IMG/VR virus record: IMGVR_UViG_3300032676_001346
Coordinates: 1 to 36,725 of that record
Reading direction: 5' to 3' (one strand)
DNA: 36,725 bases
Source of the DNA: a virus
The notes beneath the pieces were generated by a model. It saw only the letters and a list, made by a program, of their open reading frames with translations. It was not told the DNA's origin and made no database searches. This document shows, in pieces, positions 7,075 to 15,336 of this stretch (the first letter of the stretch is position 1; each line of letters opens with the position of its first letter). The translations under genes and the position numbers were made by a program.

Positions 7075-8710
7075 CGTAGCATTCCTCAGACAGCGCGTAG
7101 GAGGCCGCGTCCCACGGGTGTTTGTGAATGCTCCCCTTCTGAATCAGGGCGCTCCCGGTGGCAGGCTTCCTCAAGCTCCGGTTCGCCTCGATGAGCTTGG
7201 GGCAGAGGTCGCGGGAGAAGAACGATCGCCCCTCGAAAAGCATCCGCTTCCACAGGTCAATGCGGCCGGAAAGCGTCCCCGGCCCCCGCCCGGCCGCCTG
7301 AAGCACGATCGGGGATGCCAACGTCACCGGCACGATGAGCCTGCTCTTGAGGCCCCGCTTCAACGCCGGGTTGGTGATTTCGACTTCGCCCCGCTGAATG
7401 GCCAAGGTGCTCGCCTCATAAATCAACTGGGCAAGGAACCGCTCGCTGTCCCCAGACTGGCGCCGCTCGAATACGCTCCGGTCGCTCCAGTAGGTCCACG
7501 CGACGTGCTTTGGCGGAACTTCAAGGACGTTCATCCACCAGCACATCCGCCAAATCAACGCCCATGTGAATTCCTGTAGATCGTGGGACTTCCCCACCAC
7601 CACGACTTCATCGAGGAACTTGATGATCGGTTTGGTGATCTCCTTCACCGTGCCGTCGGCCAGCGGGGTCCGCTCCACGACCTTCAACACCTTCTCGTAG
7701 ATGACCGCTGCGGAGTTGACGGAGTCGCCAGGGTCCATCCCCACCCCCAAGGCCCGGCACCCTTCCTCGGGCATCAGCAACACGGGATCAGGGTCCGATG
7801 GCGGGTTGGGGTCCTCCGGGATGACGTGGAACTTTGGCCGGAACTGCTCGTAGAACAGGGCATCGGTGGATGCCGTCACCCATTCCCCGCGCCAGTAGCG
7901 GGCAACCAGGTCATGATCGTGGGCCAGGGACGCCAGCAGGTTGTCCTTCTGCTCTTGGCTGAGGTAAACATTATCGTCGATGCCGACTTCGATCAGCCGG
8001 AGTGAGTTGCGGAGGGGTAGCAGGATCTTGGGGTCCTCAATGTCAGGGAACAGCTTGAGGATGTCGTCCAGCGTTTCGCAGTTCGGGAGTTCGTACCAGA
8101 GCTTGTAGATCCAACTAGACGATCCTGCGTCGGCCGGGTTCGTGTCCCCCAGGAACAGGCAATCGTTCGCCGGGCGGCCGCGGAAGCACAGTTTCAACGT
8201 GTCGAACGTCTTGCGGTTCTCAAACTTTGAAAGCTCGTTTACCCAGATGCAGGAATACTCCTTGCCCTTGAATTTGTCCTCAACCTCACCCTCCACCTTG
8301 AGGGATTCCAGGCTGATCTTCGTTTCATTCCCGAAACGGTTGCTGACTACGCAGGTTGGCTTTTTCGAGTTGTTGGCGATGAACGGTTTTCGCACCCACT
8401 CCATGCCGAAGTTGCCACCTTCGCCGGTTACGGGGTCCCCAATCCACTCCGGGATGTACTTGGTGGTTAGGTGCTCCCACGGGCCGCTATCGGTGCCGGC
8501 TGATTGCGTGATGGTCAGCAGGCACATGTTCCCGTGGTCGGTGTTCCAGGCGTGCTGCACAAACGCCTCCTGACACCCCACGGTTTTCCCGCTGAGGCGC
8601 GGGCCAGAGACCAACACCATGTTTCGAGACCCCGGCAAACACGCCTCCATGATCTCGCGCTGCTTGGCGCAGACGGCGGGATACCAGAATCCGTTTTGGT
8701 CAACCGGCAT
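6995..8710 (-). CDS. terL: terminase large subunit
   Basis: ATG start. Walker A is VLVSGPRLSGKTVGC. A Walker-B-like CIWVNELS follows, then LFLGDTNP. The C-terminal half carries a nuclease-type acidic motif (LGVGMDPGDSVNSAAVIY). 571 aa. Sits opposite the portal operon across a divergent region. Confidence 0.85.
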   Translation of the reverse strand: MPVDQNGFWYPAVCAKQREIMEACLPGSRNMVLVSGPRLSGKTVGCQEAFVQHAWNTDHGNMCLLTITQSAGTDSGPWEHLTTKYIPEWIGDPVTGEGGNFGMEWVRKPFIANNSKKPTCVVSNRFGNETKISLESLKVEGEVEDKFKGKEYSCIWVNELSKFENRKTFDTLKLCFRGRPANDCLFLGDTNPADAGSSSWIYKLWYELPNCETLDDILKLFPDIEDPKILLPLRNSLRLIEVGIDDNVYLSQEQKDNLLASLAHDHDLVARYWRGEWVTASTDALFYEQFRPKFHVIPEDPNPPSDPDPVLLMPEEGCRALGVGMDPGDSVNSAAVIYEKVLKVVERTPLADGTVKEITKPIIKFLDEVVVVGKSHDLQEFTWALIWRMCWWMNVLEVPPKHVAWTYWSDRSVFERRQSGDSERFLAQLIYEASTLAIQRGEVEITNPALKRGLKSRLIVPVTLASPIVLQAAGRGPGTLSGRIDLWKRMLFEGRSFFSRDLCPKLIEANRSLRKPATGSALIQKGSIHKHPWDAASYALSEECYDEMHKAVVQEVRRERRKRNNLVSIGF

Positions 8711-8830
8711 GGGGATTTAGGATTTTGCTTGCATTATCATGGCAGCCACGATTAGGGTACAGCATATCGCCCGGCGCGTCGGGTTGCAAGCCCGACCGGA
8801 GGGCATCCAATACGAAAGCACGACGATGTT
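8711..8830. promoter_or_regulatory. divergent intergenic control region between terL (-) and the portal/head operon (+)
   Basis: 120 nt with no ORF, lower GC than its flanks. Contains hairpin GTCGGG (8777-8782) / CCCGAC (8790-8795) with flanking CCG/CGG. No promoter consensus can be assigned without knowing the host. Confidence 0.4.
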
Positions 8831-9175
8831 ATGACCGGAAACCAGCAACCGATGCTCGATGAGGAACAAGGCGCTTCCGACAATGTCCTGTCCCTCGCCA
8901 TCGGGGATCATCCTGAAACCCGCGATTGGGAGGACGGCAAGGAATACGTCTTCACGGAAGTCCGTGTTCGCCAGCAGTCCCCTGGCCAGTTCATGGTGAT
9001 CTCCGCCGAGGCACAGACCCCCGAGCAATCGGCCGGCGAGAAGCCCTACGGCAACGAAGGCAACACGGAGGACGGCGGGGGCAATGCACCGCAGGGAACC
9101 GAGGAAGACGACGCCATGCCGGGTGAAACCGGGAACCCCGCCATTGACCGACTCATGCGGAAAAAGAGGGCGTGA
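8831..9175 (+). CDS. strongly acidic small protein (114 aa), first gene of the plus-strand operon
   Basis: ATG start, GC-rich third positions on the plus frame. By my count 23 Asp/Glu versus 10 Lys/Arg, with a basic tail RLMRKKRA. The 268-aa antisense ORF is rejected. Confidence 0.55.
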   Translation: MTGNQQPMLDEEQGASDNVLSLAIGDHPETRDWEDGKEYVFTEVRVRQQSPGQFMVISAEAQTPEQSAGEKPYGNEGNTEDGGGNAPQGTEEDDAMPGETGNPAIDRLMRKKRA

Positions 9176-9178
9176 CCT

Positions 9179-9412
9179 ATGCCCGAAGACACCGGCGAAC
9201 TGGTAAAGAAGGCTGCTGCTGATCTTGGCGAGTACTACGACAGCGTTCAAATCTTCGCCACGCGCCACGAATCCGGCGAGCGGGAAGGCACCGTCCACGC
9301 CGCCTGGGGCATCGGGAACTTCTACGCCCGCTATGGCCAGGTGAGGGAGTGGCTCGTCACCCAGGAGGAAGGTACCCGCCAGCAGGTCCGAAAAGAAAGC
9401 GGGGAAGGTTGA
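9179..9412 (+). CDS. small hypothetical protein (77 aa) preceding the portal
   Basis: ATG start 3 nt after the previous stop, ends 1 nt before the portal ATG. Globular composition (YYDSVQIFATRHESGEREGTVHAAWGIGNFYARYGQVREWL). Confidence 0.55.
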   Translation: MPEDTGELVKKAAADLGEYYDSVQIFATRHESGEREGTVHAAWGIGNFYARYGQVREWLVTQEEGTRQQVRKESGEG

Positions 9413-9413
9413 T

Positions 9414-11960
9414 ATGCTCGACATGAAATTCCTCGCCTCCCGCGGCGTATCTTCCGCCGCGTGGAAGCGCATTTTCAGCGATAGCCCCGAGAACTGGCCC
9501 CCGAAGATAAAGCGCCTCATCAATCAGGTGACGGCCCGCATCCGGGACGGGCGCGTGGGCAACCTGGACCCCAAGGAGTGGCGGGCCATCGGCGCCATCG
9601 ACCGCGCTTACAGCGTCCCCTACAACCAGTCAACCCCGACCCTCATCCGGGACATCCTTGATCGCAACCTCGATCACGACGGCACCGTGGAAGCCCTCAA
9701 GGCATGGGGCTTGAACGAGGAAGAACTGTTCATGACGGTCAGGAACCCGGAGACCGGCCGGGACTGCCAGGTGCCCAACCCCCCGGTTTTCTTCCGCGTC
9801 ATCCCCAATCTGGTGAAGGCGTACACCACCGCCGTTTGCGAAAAGCTGTTCAACGCCCGCAACCAGCGCCCTCTGCTTGAGTTCAAACCCAGGAAGCAGG
9901 TTGAGCGCGACGTGGTGGAGTGCGACATCGTAACCGACCTGGTGGACGACATGGCCATGAAGATGGGCTACGCCCCCGTGCTCCGGGCCGCCATCGACCA
10001 GATGCTCAAGTACGGCGTCTGCATCGCGTTCACGAAGGAGGAATGGTACTGCGAATACCAGCGCGAGTTCGGCGGTGCCCTCGATAAGGAGGGAAAGGAC
10101 AAGGGTAAGAAACGCACCGTTAAGGAGGGCCTGCGCTACTTCATCCCGCACCCCACCCGGATGTATTACGACCTCAAGTGCCCCCTCACCAGCCTCAATA
10201 CGAACACCGGCTGCGAGTATATCGGCCACTGGCACGTCCTGAGCTACGGTCAAATCCTCGACAACCCCCAGTATTGGAACCGGAAGCACATCTTCGCCGG
10301 AACGAACTGGTTCGAGGCCCCCGAGTCCAAGTATTTCTGGCAGGAAATATACCCCTGCAAGATGAACTTCCTGCCCGGCATCGGGTACGATGGCCCGCGC
10401 CAGAGGGAGGACAAATCGGCCTTCTACAACAGCGCCGACCGGGACAAATCGATCTTCGTTGCCGAGCATTTCGAGCGGCTTATCCCTCAGGATTGGGGAT
10501 TGGGCGAGTACGACGGCCCGGTCTGGTGCCGATTCACGATGGCCGCGGACAACACGCCGATCTGGGTAGAGCCTTGCGCTGTGACCCCCGGCTTCTTCAT
10601 GGGCTACGACTACTCGGAGAATGCCGAGCGAAACCCGTCGTTCTCTCTGGAGGTAATGCCGTGGCAAGACTGGATCGGGAACATCCTCTCCCAAATCCTC
10701 CTGACCGCGAAGCAGAACCTCGTCAACGTCCTGTTTGTGGACAACCAGCAGGTGGACGCCACGATCATCAAGGAGTTCAAAAATCTTGGTGAGGGCATGT
10801 TCCGGGGTATCCAGATAATCCCCTTCGACTCCCTGAGCAACCGAGCCGGCCAGTTGGACACCCGTCAGGCGTTCATGGGGGTCAACCTCCCCAAAGCCAA
10901 CATCCAGGAGTTGTTCCAAATCCTCTCCCCGTTCCTCAACATGATGGAGCGGGTACTCCGCATCGCCGCGCAGCAGGCCGGCGGCGCCGGGCCGCACCAG
11001 CAGGGCAAGAAGGAAATCGAAATGCTGGCTGCCAGCGGGGACGAGCGGCTCAATTACATCGGGGCGGGCGTGGACGAGGGCTTGGACGCCTGGGCGATCC
11101 AACTGGTCGACGCCGCCGTGAACTACGCCGATGCCGAATTCCTCGCCCAAGTGGACGTGGACACGGAGAACCTGGAGGAACTCGCGGAGGAAATGGGATT
11201 CACCGTGGAGTCCAAAGGCAAGGACAAGGCCCTGATCAAAGGGTCGTGGCGGAAGCTCCAACTCCGGGACTTCGCCCGGACCATCGAGGGGAAGGAACAG
11301 AGCAACGACAAGGAAGCCGGGCAGGCCATCCTCAGTTGCGTTACCGCCATCAGCGGCCAGGAGGACTTGAAGAAGAAGATCGGCCCGGTGAACCTCCTGA
11401 CCATGATGGAACTGGCCACTCGGTTGATGGGCGCCCCGCGGGGCTGGCGGCTCCGGGCGTCTCAGGAGAAGGACGACGGCGGGGTCGAGCCGAAAGTCCT
11501 TGAAGCCATCCAGGCCGGGATCAAGGCTTGTATGCAGGCCATCGAAGAAAAGCTCGGCAAGCCTCTTGGTCAGGAAATGGCGCAGGTCCAGGGAGAAGTT
11601 AAGCAGATCCAGGAGGCATTGAAGCAGTTTCAAGGGGTTTTCCAGAAGGTGTCTCAGTTGGCCGACGCTCAGACGATCAAGGCGCAGGAGACGCAATCGA
11701 AGATTCAGACCCGCACCGCCGAGGTCCAGGCCGAGCAGCAGCGCAAGGACGCCGCCGCCGCCGCCGATAAGGCGCGGAAGGATGCCGAAGCGCAAGCCGA
11801 CATCGCCCGCAAGGACCAAGAGGCTCAGGCGGCCATCCGGCGCGACGAGGAAAAGCTCAAGGCCGACATCGCCGTGCAAACTCACGAAGCGGCGAGGGGA
11901 ACCGCCATCGCCCTGCACGAAGCCAAGGAGAAGGCCAAGAATTCTCCAAGTTCCTCTTGA
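9414..11960 (+). CDS. portal protein (848 aa) with long C-terminal coiled coil
   Basis: Largest gene opposite terL and upstream of the scaffold/capsid candidates. The last ~130 aa are a continuous heptad-like helix (QEMAQVQGEVKQIQEALKQFQ...KDAEAQADIARKDQEAQAAIRRDEEKLKADIAVQ), reminiscent of the P22 portal barrel. Call rests on position and size, with no motif-level proof. Confidence 0.65.
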   Translation: MLDMKFLASRGVSSAAWKRIFSDSPENWPPKIKRLINQVTARIRDGRVGNLDPKEWRAIGAIDRAYSVPYNQSTPTLIRDILDRNLDHDGTVEALKAWGLNEEELFMTVRNPETGRDCQVPNPPVFFRVIPNLVKAYTTAVCEKLFNARNQRPLLEFKPRKQVERDVVECDIVTDLVDDMAMKMGYAPVLRAAIDQMLKYGVCIAFTKEEWYCEYQREFGGALDKEGKDKGKKRTVKEGLRYFIPHPTRMYYDLKCPLTSLNTNTGCEYIGHWHVLSYGQILDNPQYWNRKHIFAGTNWFEAPESKYFWQEIYPCKMNFLPGIGYDGPRQREDKSAFYNSADRDKSIFVAEHFERLIPQDWGLGEYDGPVWCRFTMAADNTPIWVEPCAVTPGFFMGYDYSENAERNPSFSLEVMPWQDWIGNILSQILLTAKQNLVNVLFVDNQQVDATIIKEFKNLGEGMFRGIQIIPFDSLSNRAGQLDTRQAFMGVNLPKANIQELFQILSPFLNMMERVLRIAAQQAGGAGPHQQGKKEIEMLAASGDERLNYIGAGVDEGLDAWAIQLVDAAVNYADAEFLAQVDVDTENLEELAEEMGFTVESKGKDKALIKGSWRKLQLRDFARTIEGKEQSNDKEAGQAILSCVTAISGQEDLKKKIGPVNLLTMMELATRLMGAPRGWRLRASQEKDDGGVEPKVLEAIQAGIKACMQAIEEKLGKPLGQEMAQVQGEVKQIQEALKQFQGVFQKVSQLADAQTIKAQETQSKIQTRTAEVQAEQQRKDAAAAADKARKDAEAQADIARKDQEAQAAIRRDEEKLKADIAVQTHEAARGTAIALHEAKEKAKNSPSSS

Positions 11961-11964
11961 CCTT

Positions 11965-11980
11965 CTGCCCAATGCGGCAG
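11965..11980 (+). repeat. 16-nt motif CTGCCCAATGCGGCAG, copy 1 (intergenic, 15 nt upstream of ATG 11995)
   Basis: Exact match to 15140-15155. It matches the reverse complement of 23760-23775 at 15 of 16 positions. Can fold as CTGCC/GGCAG with a 6-nt loop. Confidence 0.6.
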
Positions 11981-11994
11981 TAATCTAGGGCGGT

Positions 11995-12234
11995 ATGGTA
12001 AGCCGCCGATCATTCTTCTCCCGCGTGGCCGCGTTTGTGGCGGTGATCGCGCTCGCCCCGGAGATCGCGTTCGGGAGGAAGCTGGAGATGCCATCTGTGG
12101 GGTTCCCCGATGTTCCGGGTTTGACATCGATCCCAATTTGGTTGAGATCGACCGAGGAATGGCAGCATTACACCGTGAAGTGTAAGGCATGGAGATTAGC
12201 CGTGATGCGTGAGATCGTAGATAAAATACCATGA
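11995..12234 (+). CDS. small protein (79 aa) with twin-arginine (Tat)-type signal peptide
   Basis: MVSRRSFFSRVAAFVAVIALAPEIAFG contains SRRxFF followed by a hydrophobic h-region and an A-x-G cleavage-like site. ATG start. ATGA overlap with the next gene. Confidence 0.5.
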   Translation: MVSRRSFFSRVAAFVAVIALAPEIAFGRKLEMPSVGFPDVPGLTSIPIWLRSTEEWQHYTVKCKAWRLAVMREIVDKIP

Positions 12235-12512
12235 TCACCGTCGAACCAGTCCCCCTGACCGCCGCCCAGACCAAAGACCTTTCGGCGTGGCTGGCCCGAC
12301 CCGAAGCATCCCTGCTGGTCAAAGTTCTGGAAGCGCGTGCCAAAGAGTTTGGGGTAAAAGCCCTCAACGACGCCGCGCAAACGGACGATTCCCCCATGAA
12401 GATCGACCCCGCCAACGCGGAGTTGAAGAAGGCGCAGCGGTATTCATGGGCGGCAAAAACCATCGAAGCCATGCGGGACCAAACCTCCTTTACCACGGTT
12501 AAATTATCATGA
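12231..12512 (+). CDS. hypothetical protein (93 aa)
   Basis: ATG start in ATGA overlap with the previous stop. Helical-looking, ordinary composition. Confidence 0.55.
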   Translation: MITVEPVPLTAAQTKDLSAWLARPEASLLVKVLEARAKEFGVKALNDAAQTDDSPMKIDPANAELKKAQRYSWAAKTIEAMRDQTSFTTVKLS

Positions 12513-12550
12513 AAAGAGAATCGTCCTACTTCCGAAACCTATCCTGATCT

Positions 12551-12688
12551 ATGGGACAAGCCAAAAAACGCGGGACCTTTGAGCAACGGGTAGCTCAGGC
12601 CAAATCTCGGCATCGGGAAGAGTTGAAACGGCAGACTGTAGCCAATGCTGAAAAAAGGCGGCGGTGGCAAGAAAAATCAGATGCCTAA
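12551..12688 (+). CDS. very basic 45-aa micro-protein (below the ORF-track cutoff)
   Basis: Manual translation: MGQAKKRGTFEQRVAQAKSRHREELKRQTVANAEKRRRWQEKSDA. The MGQAKKRGTFEQR-type N-terminus resembles small conserved proteins I have seen annotated as hypothetical. Lies in a low-GC spacer. Confidence 0.35.
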   Translation: MGQAKKRGTFEQRVAQAKSRHREELKRQTVANAEKRRRWQEKSDA

Positions 12689-12802
12689 AGCCCTAAATAT
12701 TCCACGCCGCACCGGCATAGTGGACTTCGCGGAAGTCCGGTTATGGCAGCAGCCTTGGTAGCCGCGTCAGCGATGTCCGACACACCAAATTACCGATAAT
12801 TT

Positions 12803-13729
12803 ATGACTACCGTTATTTACCATAGCGCCGATTTCGACGGCATATTCTGCCGCGAGATCGCACTCAAATTCCTTGGCGACAAGGATGTCAACTACATCGG
12901 GTGGAACTTTGGAGATCCTCCGTTGCAAATTCCCACCGGACCGATCTATGTTATGGACCTGCCGCTTGATGCGCCTTTTGGGTTCGACTATCACACGGCG
13001 GGCAAGGAGCGTGGCCCGCAACATCCCGCCGGTCTGGTTTGGATCGACCACCACGCGAGCAGCATCGCATCGCACCCGACCGACATCCCCGGCTACCGCA
13101 TTGACGGCGTGGCGGCGTGCCGGTTGGCGTGGGCGTGGTTTCAATCCTGCAAACAGGCAGGGAGGGACACCGCTTACGACCTTCCAACCAAGGAGCAGTT
13201 CGTCAACCGTCAAGTGCAAGAGCCGCTGGCCGTTCGCCTCGCTGGCGAATACGACGTGTGGGACAAGCGGGACCCAAACGCCGACCTGTTCCAATACGGG
13301 CTACGATCCCAGATGGTTGGACTGGATGGGCAGATCTCGCCGCGCATTTGGGGTGAACTGCTGCATCCGCGCTTAGTATCGGCGGCGATGGATATTTGCC
13401 AGACGGGGCGATCCAGCCGAACCTACGCCCAGATCGTTGACGCCAACAACATGCAGGCATCGTTCCTTACCAAGTGGGAGGGCCTGACGTTCCTGTGCCT
13501 GAACGGGCGCGGAAACAGCCTCACGTTCGCCAGTCTGGACGTGCCTGAGACCGGCCACGACGCACTGCTGATGTTCTACCTGAACGCCCATCGAGAGTGG
13601 GTGGTGAGTCTCTACCACGCCCGGCACCGGATCGACCTGGACTTGAGCAAGATCGCCGTGGCGCATGGCGGCGGGGGGCACTTGGGCGCTTGCGGTTTCA
13701 CCGTCAAAAACTTCCCATTCCCACTCTAA
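12803..13729 (+). CDS. DHH/DHHA1-family phosphoesterase (NrnA-like, 308 aa)
   Basis: Motif I is YHSADFDG (DxD). Motif II is YVMDLPLD. Motif III is VWIDHHASS (DHH). The C-terminal DHHA1 signature is AHGGGGHLGACGF (GGGH). Length is typical of stand-alone NrnA-type enzymes. Confidence 0.8.
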   Translation: MTTVIYHSADFDGIFCREIALKFLGDKDVNYIGWNFGDPPLQIPTGPIYVMDLPLDAPFGFDYHTAGKERGPQHPAGLVWIDHHASSIASHPTDIPGYRIDGVAACRLAWAWFQSCKQAGRDTAYDLPTKEQFVNRQVQEPLAVRLAGEYDVWDKRDPNADLFQYGLRSQMVGLDGQISPRIWGELLHPRLVSAAMDICQTGRSSRTYAQIVDANNMQASFLTKWEGLTFLCLNGRGNSLTFASLDVPETGHDALLMFYLNAHREWVVSLYHARHRIDLDLSKIAVAHGGGGHLGACGFTVKNFPFPL

Positions 13730-13732
13730 ACT

Positions 13733-15223
13733 ATGTTCCCCGACTTCCTCGACTCCCCCGGTCAGCCCGCCGTAACGCCCACTCCCGCCCCCGGTTCTGC
13801 CCCACCGGCCCCCGCCGACGTGCTGGAAAAGGCCAACGTCGCCCCATCTGGGGAAGCGGGTGCGGCCAAGCCTGCCGCCAAGCCACCCTCGAAGGAGGCT
13901 CTGGCCAACCTACAGGATTTCGTCGGTGAGTTCCTGGATGGCGTGGCTCCCGAGACGAAGCCCGGCGCCAAGCCCGCTTCGAAGCCGGCCGCCGGGAAGC
14001 CCGCAGGGCAGAAGCCCCCGGCGAAGCCCAAGGCCGCGCCCCGCGCCGCGACACCACCGCCAGCACCAACCGCCACGGAGATTGCCACCGCCACCGCCAA
14101 GGCTGTCACCGAGGCGCTGAGGCCCCCGGCCCCCGCCGGCCCCGCTACGCCCCCCCCCGTCGAACTGGACAAGACCGACACCCGCACCTTCACCGTCCTC
14201 CAGCACTTGGAAAAGACCAACCCCACCGAGTATAAGGGCGTGGCCGACAAATTCCGCGCCGCCCAGGTCAAATCCTACGCGTACCAAGAGAAGTGGGAGA
14301 AGGACAATCCCGGTCGAGATTTCGATCCCGAGTCCCCCGAGCATGAGGATTTCCGCAAGTCGGTGGAAGTTCCCTTCGATCAGGATGACTTCGAAGAAGC
14401 CCGCGTGGCCCTCGCCGCGGAGCGCATCGTGGCCGAGCGCATGAAGCCGCTGAACCAGCGCCAGGCCGAGGTTGACCGGGCCGAGGCTCTGCGCCAGGCC
14501 CAACCCGTCATCGCGCAGCACATCGGCACGTCCCGGAAGTCATTCTGGGGGATGATGGGGGATGAATTCAAGGAAGTCGTCACCGACGCCGGCGCTGTGG
14601 ACGGCGAAAAGCTCAAGGCGCTCGTGGAGTCCGACCCGATTAACGGCATCCGCCTGCAATCCGCCGTCGCCCTCGATAAAGAGGTTCCCGAGATCGTGAA
14701 GCTCCTGAATGACCTCGCCCCGGTGGCCAAGCCCACGGACGCGGTTTACGGCATCCACAAGGCGATCAACGATTTTGGTTTCCGCGTGGAACAATCGATT
14801 GCGGCGGAGGCCCCCGAAAACCAACTGGACGGCCGGGGACGGCCATTCCTGCCCACGGCGAAATATTACGCCCTTCCCGCCAATCAGCGCGAGAGCTATT
14901 GGACGCTGACCCCGGAAGTGCTGATCCCGCTCCGCGCCAAGCACTGGGCTGACCAAGCCGCCGCCGGGGTCGCCGCCAAGCAGACCGAGTTCGACGCCAT
15001 GCTGCGGGCGCGGGGCATCACGCCGCCCGCCCGCCCCCAAGCGGCCGCCGCGCCAGCCGCCCGCAACGGTGGCACCGCCCCGCCGCCTGAGCCTGACGAC
15101 GAGCCATCCGGCAAACCCGCCTCCCCGTCCACCGGCGCACTGCCCAATGCGGCAGCACGTCACGCGGCACATGCTCCGGGCAACGCAAATCCGATTGTAG
15201 CTTCCCTTTTGGATACCTTCTGA
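13733..15223 (+). CDS. scaffolding-protein candidate (496 aa)
   Basis: Lies between the portal module and the capsid candidate. Has Ala/Pro/Lys-rich disordered N- and C-terminal thirds and a helical, charged centre. Positional inference only. Confidence 0.5.
   Translation: MFPDFLDSPGQPAVTPTPAPGSAPPAPADVLEKANVAPSGEAGAAKPAAKPPSKEALANLQDFVGEFLDGVAPETKPGAKPASKPAAGKPAGQKPPAKPKAAPRAATPPPAPTATEIATATAKAVTEALRPPAPAGPATPPPVELDKTDTRTFTVLQHLEKTNPTEYKGVADKFRAAQVKSYAYQEKWEKDNPGRDFDPESPEHEDFRKSVEVPFDQDDFEEARVALAAERIVAERMKPLNQRQAEVDRAEALRQAQPVIAQHIGTSRKSFWGMMGDEFKEVVTDAGAVDGEKLKALVESDPINGIRLQSAVALDKEVPEIVKLLNDLAPVAKPTDAVYGIHKAINDFGFRVEQSIAAEAPENQLDGRGRPFLPTAKYYALPANQRESYWTLTPEVLIPLRAKHWADQAAAGVAAKQTEFDAMLRARGITPPARPQAAAAPAARNGGTAPPPEPDDEPSGKPASPSTGALPNAAARHAAHAPGNANPIVASLLDTF
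15140..15155 (+). repeat. 16-nt motif CTGCCCAATGCGGCAG, copy 2 (inside the scaffold gene 3' end)
   Basis: Exact duplicate of 11965-11980. A shorter relative, CCAATGCGGCA, lies at 15430-15440. Confidence 0.6.
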
Positions 15224-15336
15224 GCGATCTTTAGTGTGATGGCTTGAGAGGCTGCCACGCGGCCCCATTACACTTAGTCGGAGCGTGTCCGCCCTGACGG
15301 TCGCCGGCGGCATCGAGAGCCAAAACATTATTGTTT

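Noticed and set aside
8717-9523. 268-aa minus-strand ORF across the 8831-9412 small genes
   Set aside because: The plus-strand frames have GC-rich third positions, sensible composition and tight coupling into the portal gene. The minus ORF would also run across the divergent promoter region.
9630-11972. 780-aa minus-strand ORF covering the portal gene
   Set aside because: It is antisense to a well-behaved plus-strand gene. Its composition is dominated by Arg/Gly/Leu/Pro/Val runs (LLGLDLGGAGLNLRLRLLRLDRL...), typical of the mirror frame in GC-rich DNA. There are no motifs and no operon logic.
12513-12802. tRNA or other canonical RNA gene in the low-GC spacer (also checked in 34701-35011)
   Set aside because: I found no GGTTCRANYC-type T-loop and no set of acceptor, D, anticodon and T stems with correct spacing on either strand. 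The hairpin loops lack the U33 anticodon-loop pattern.
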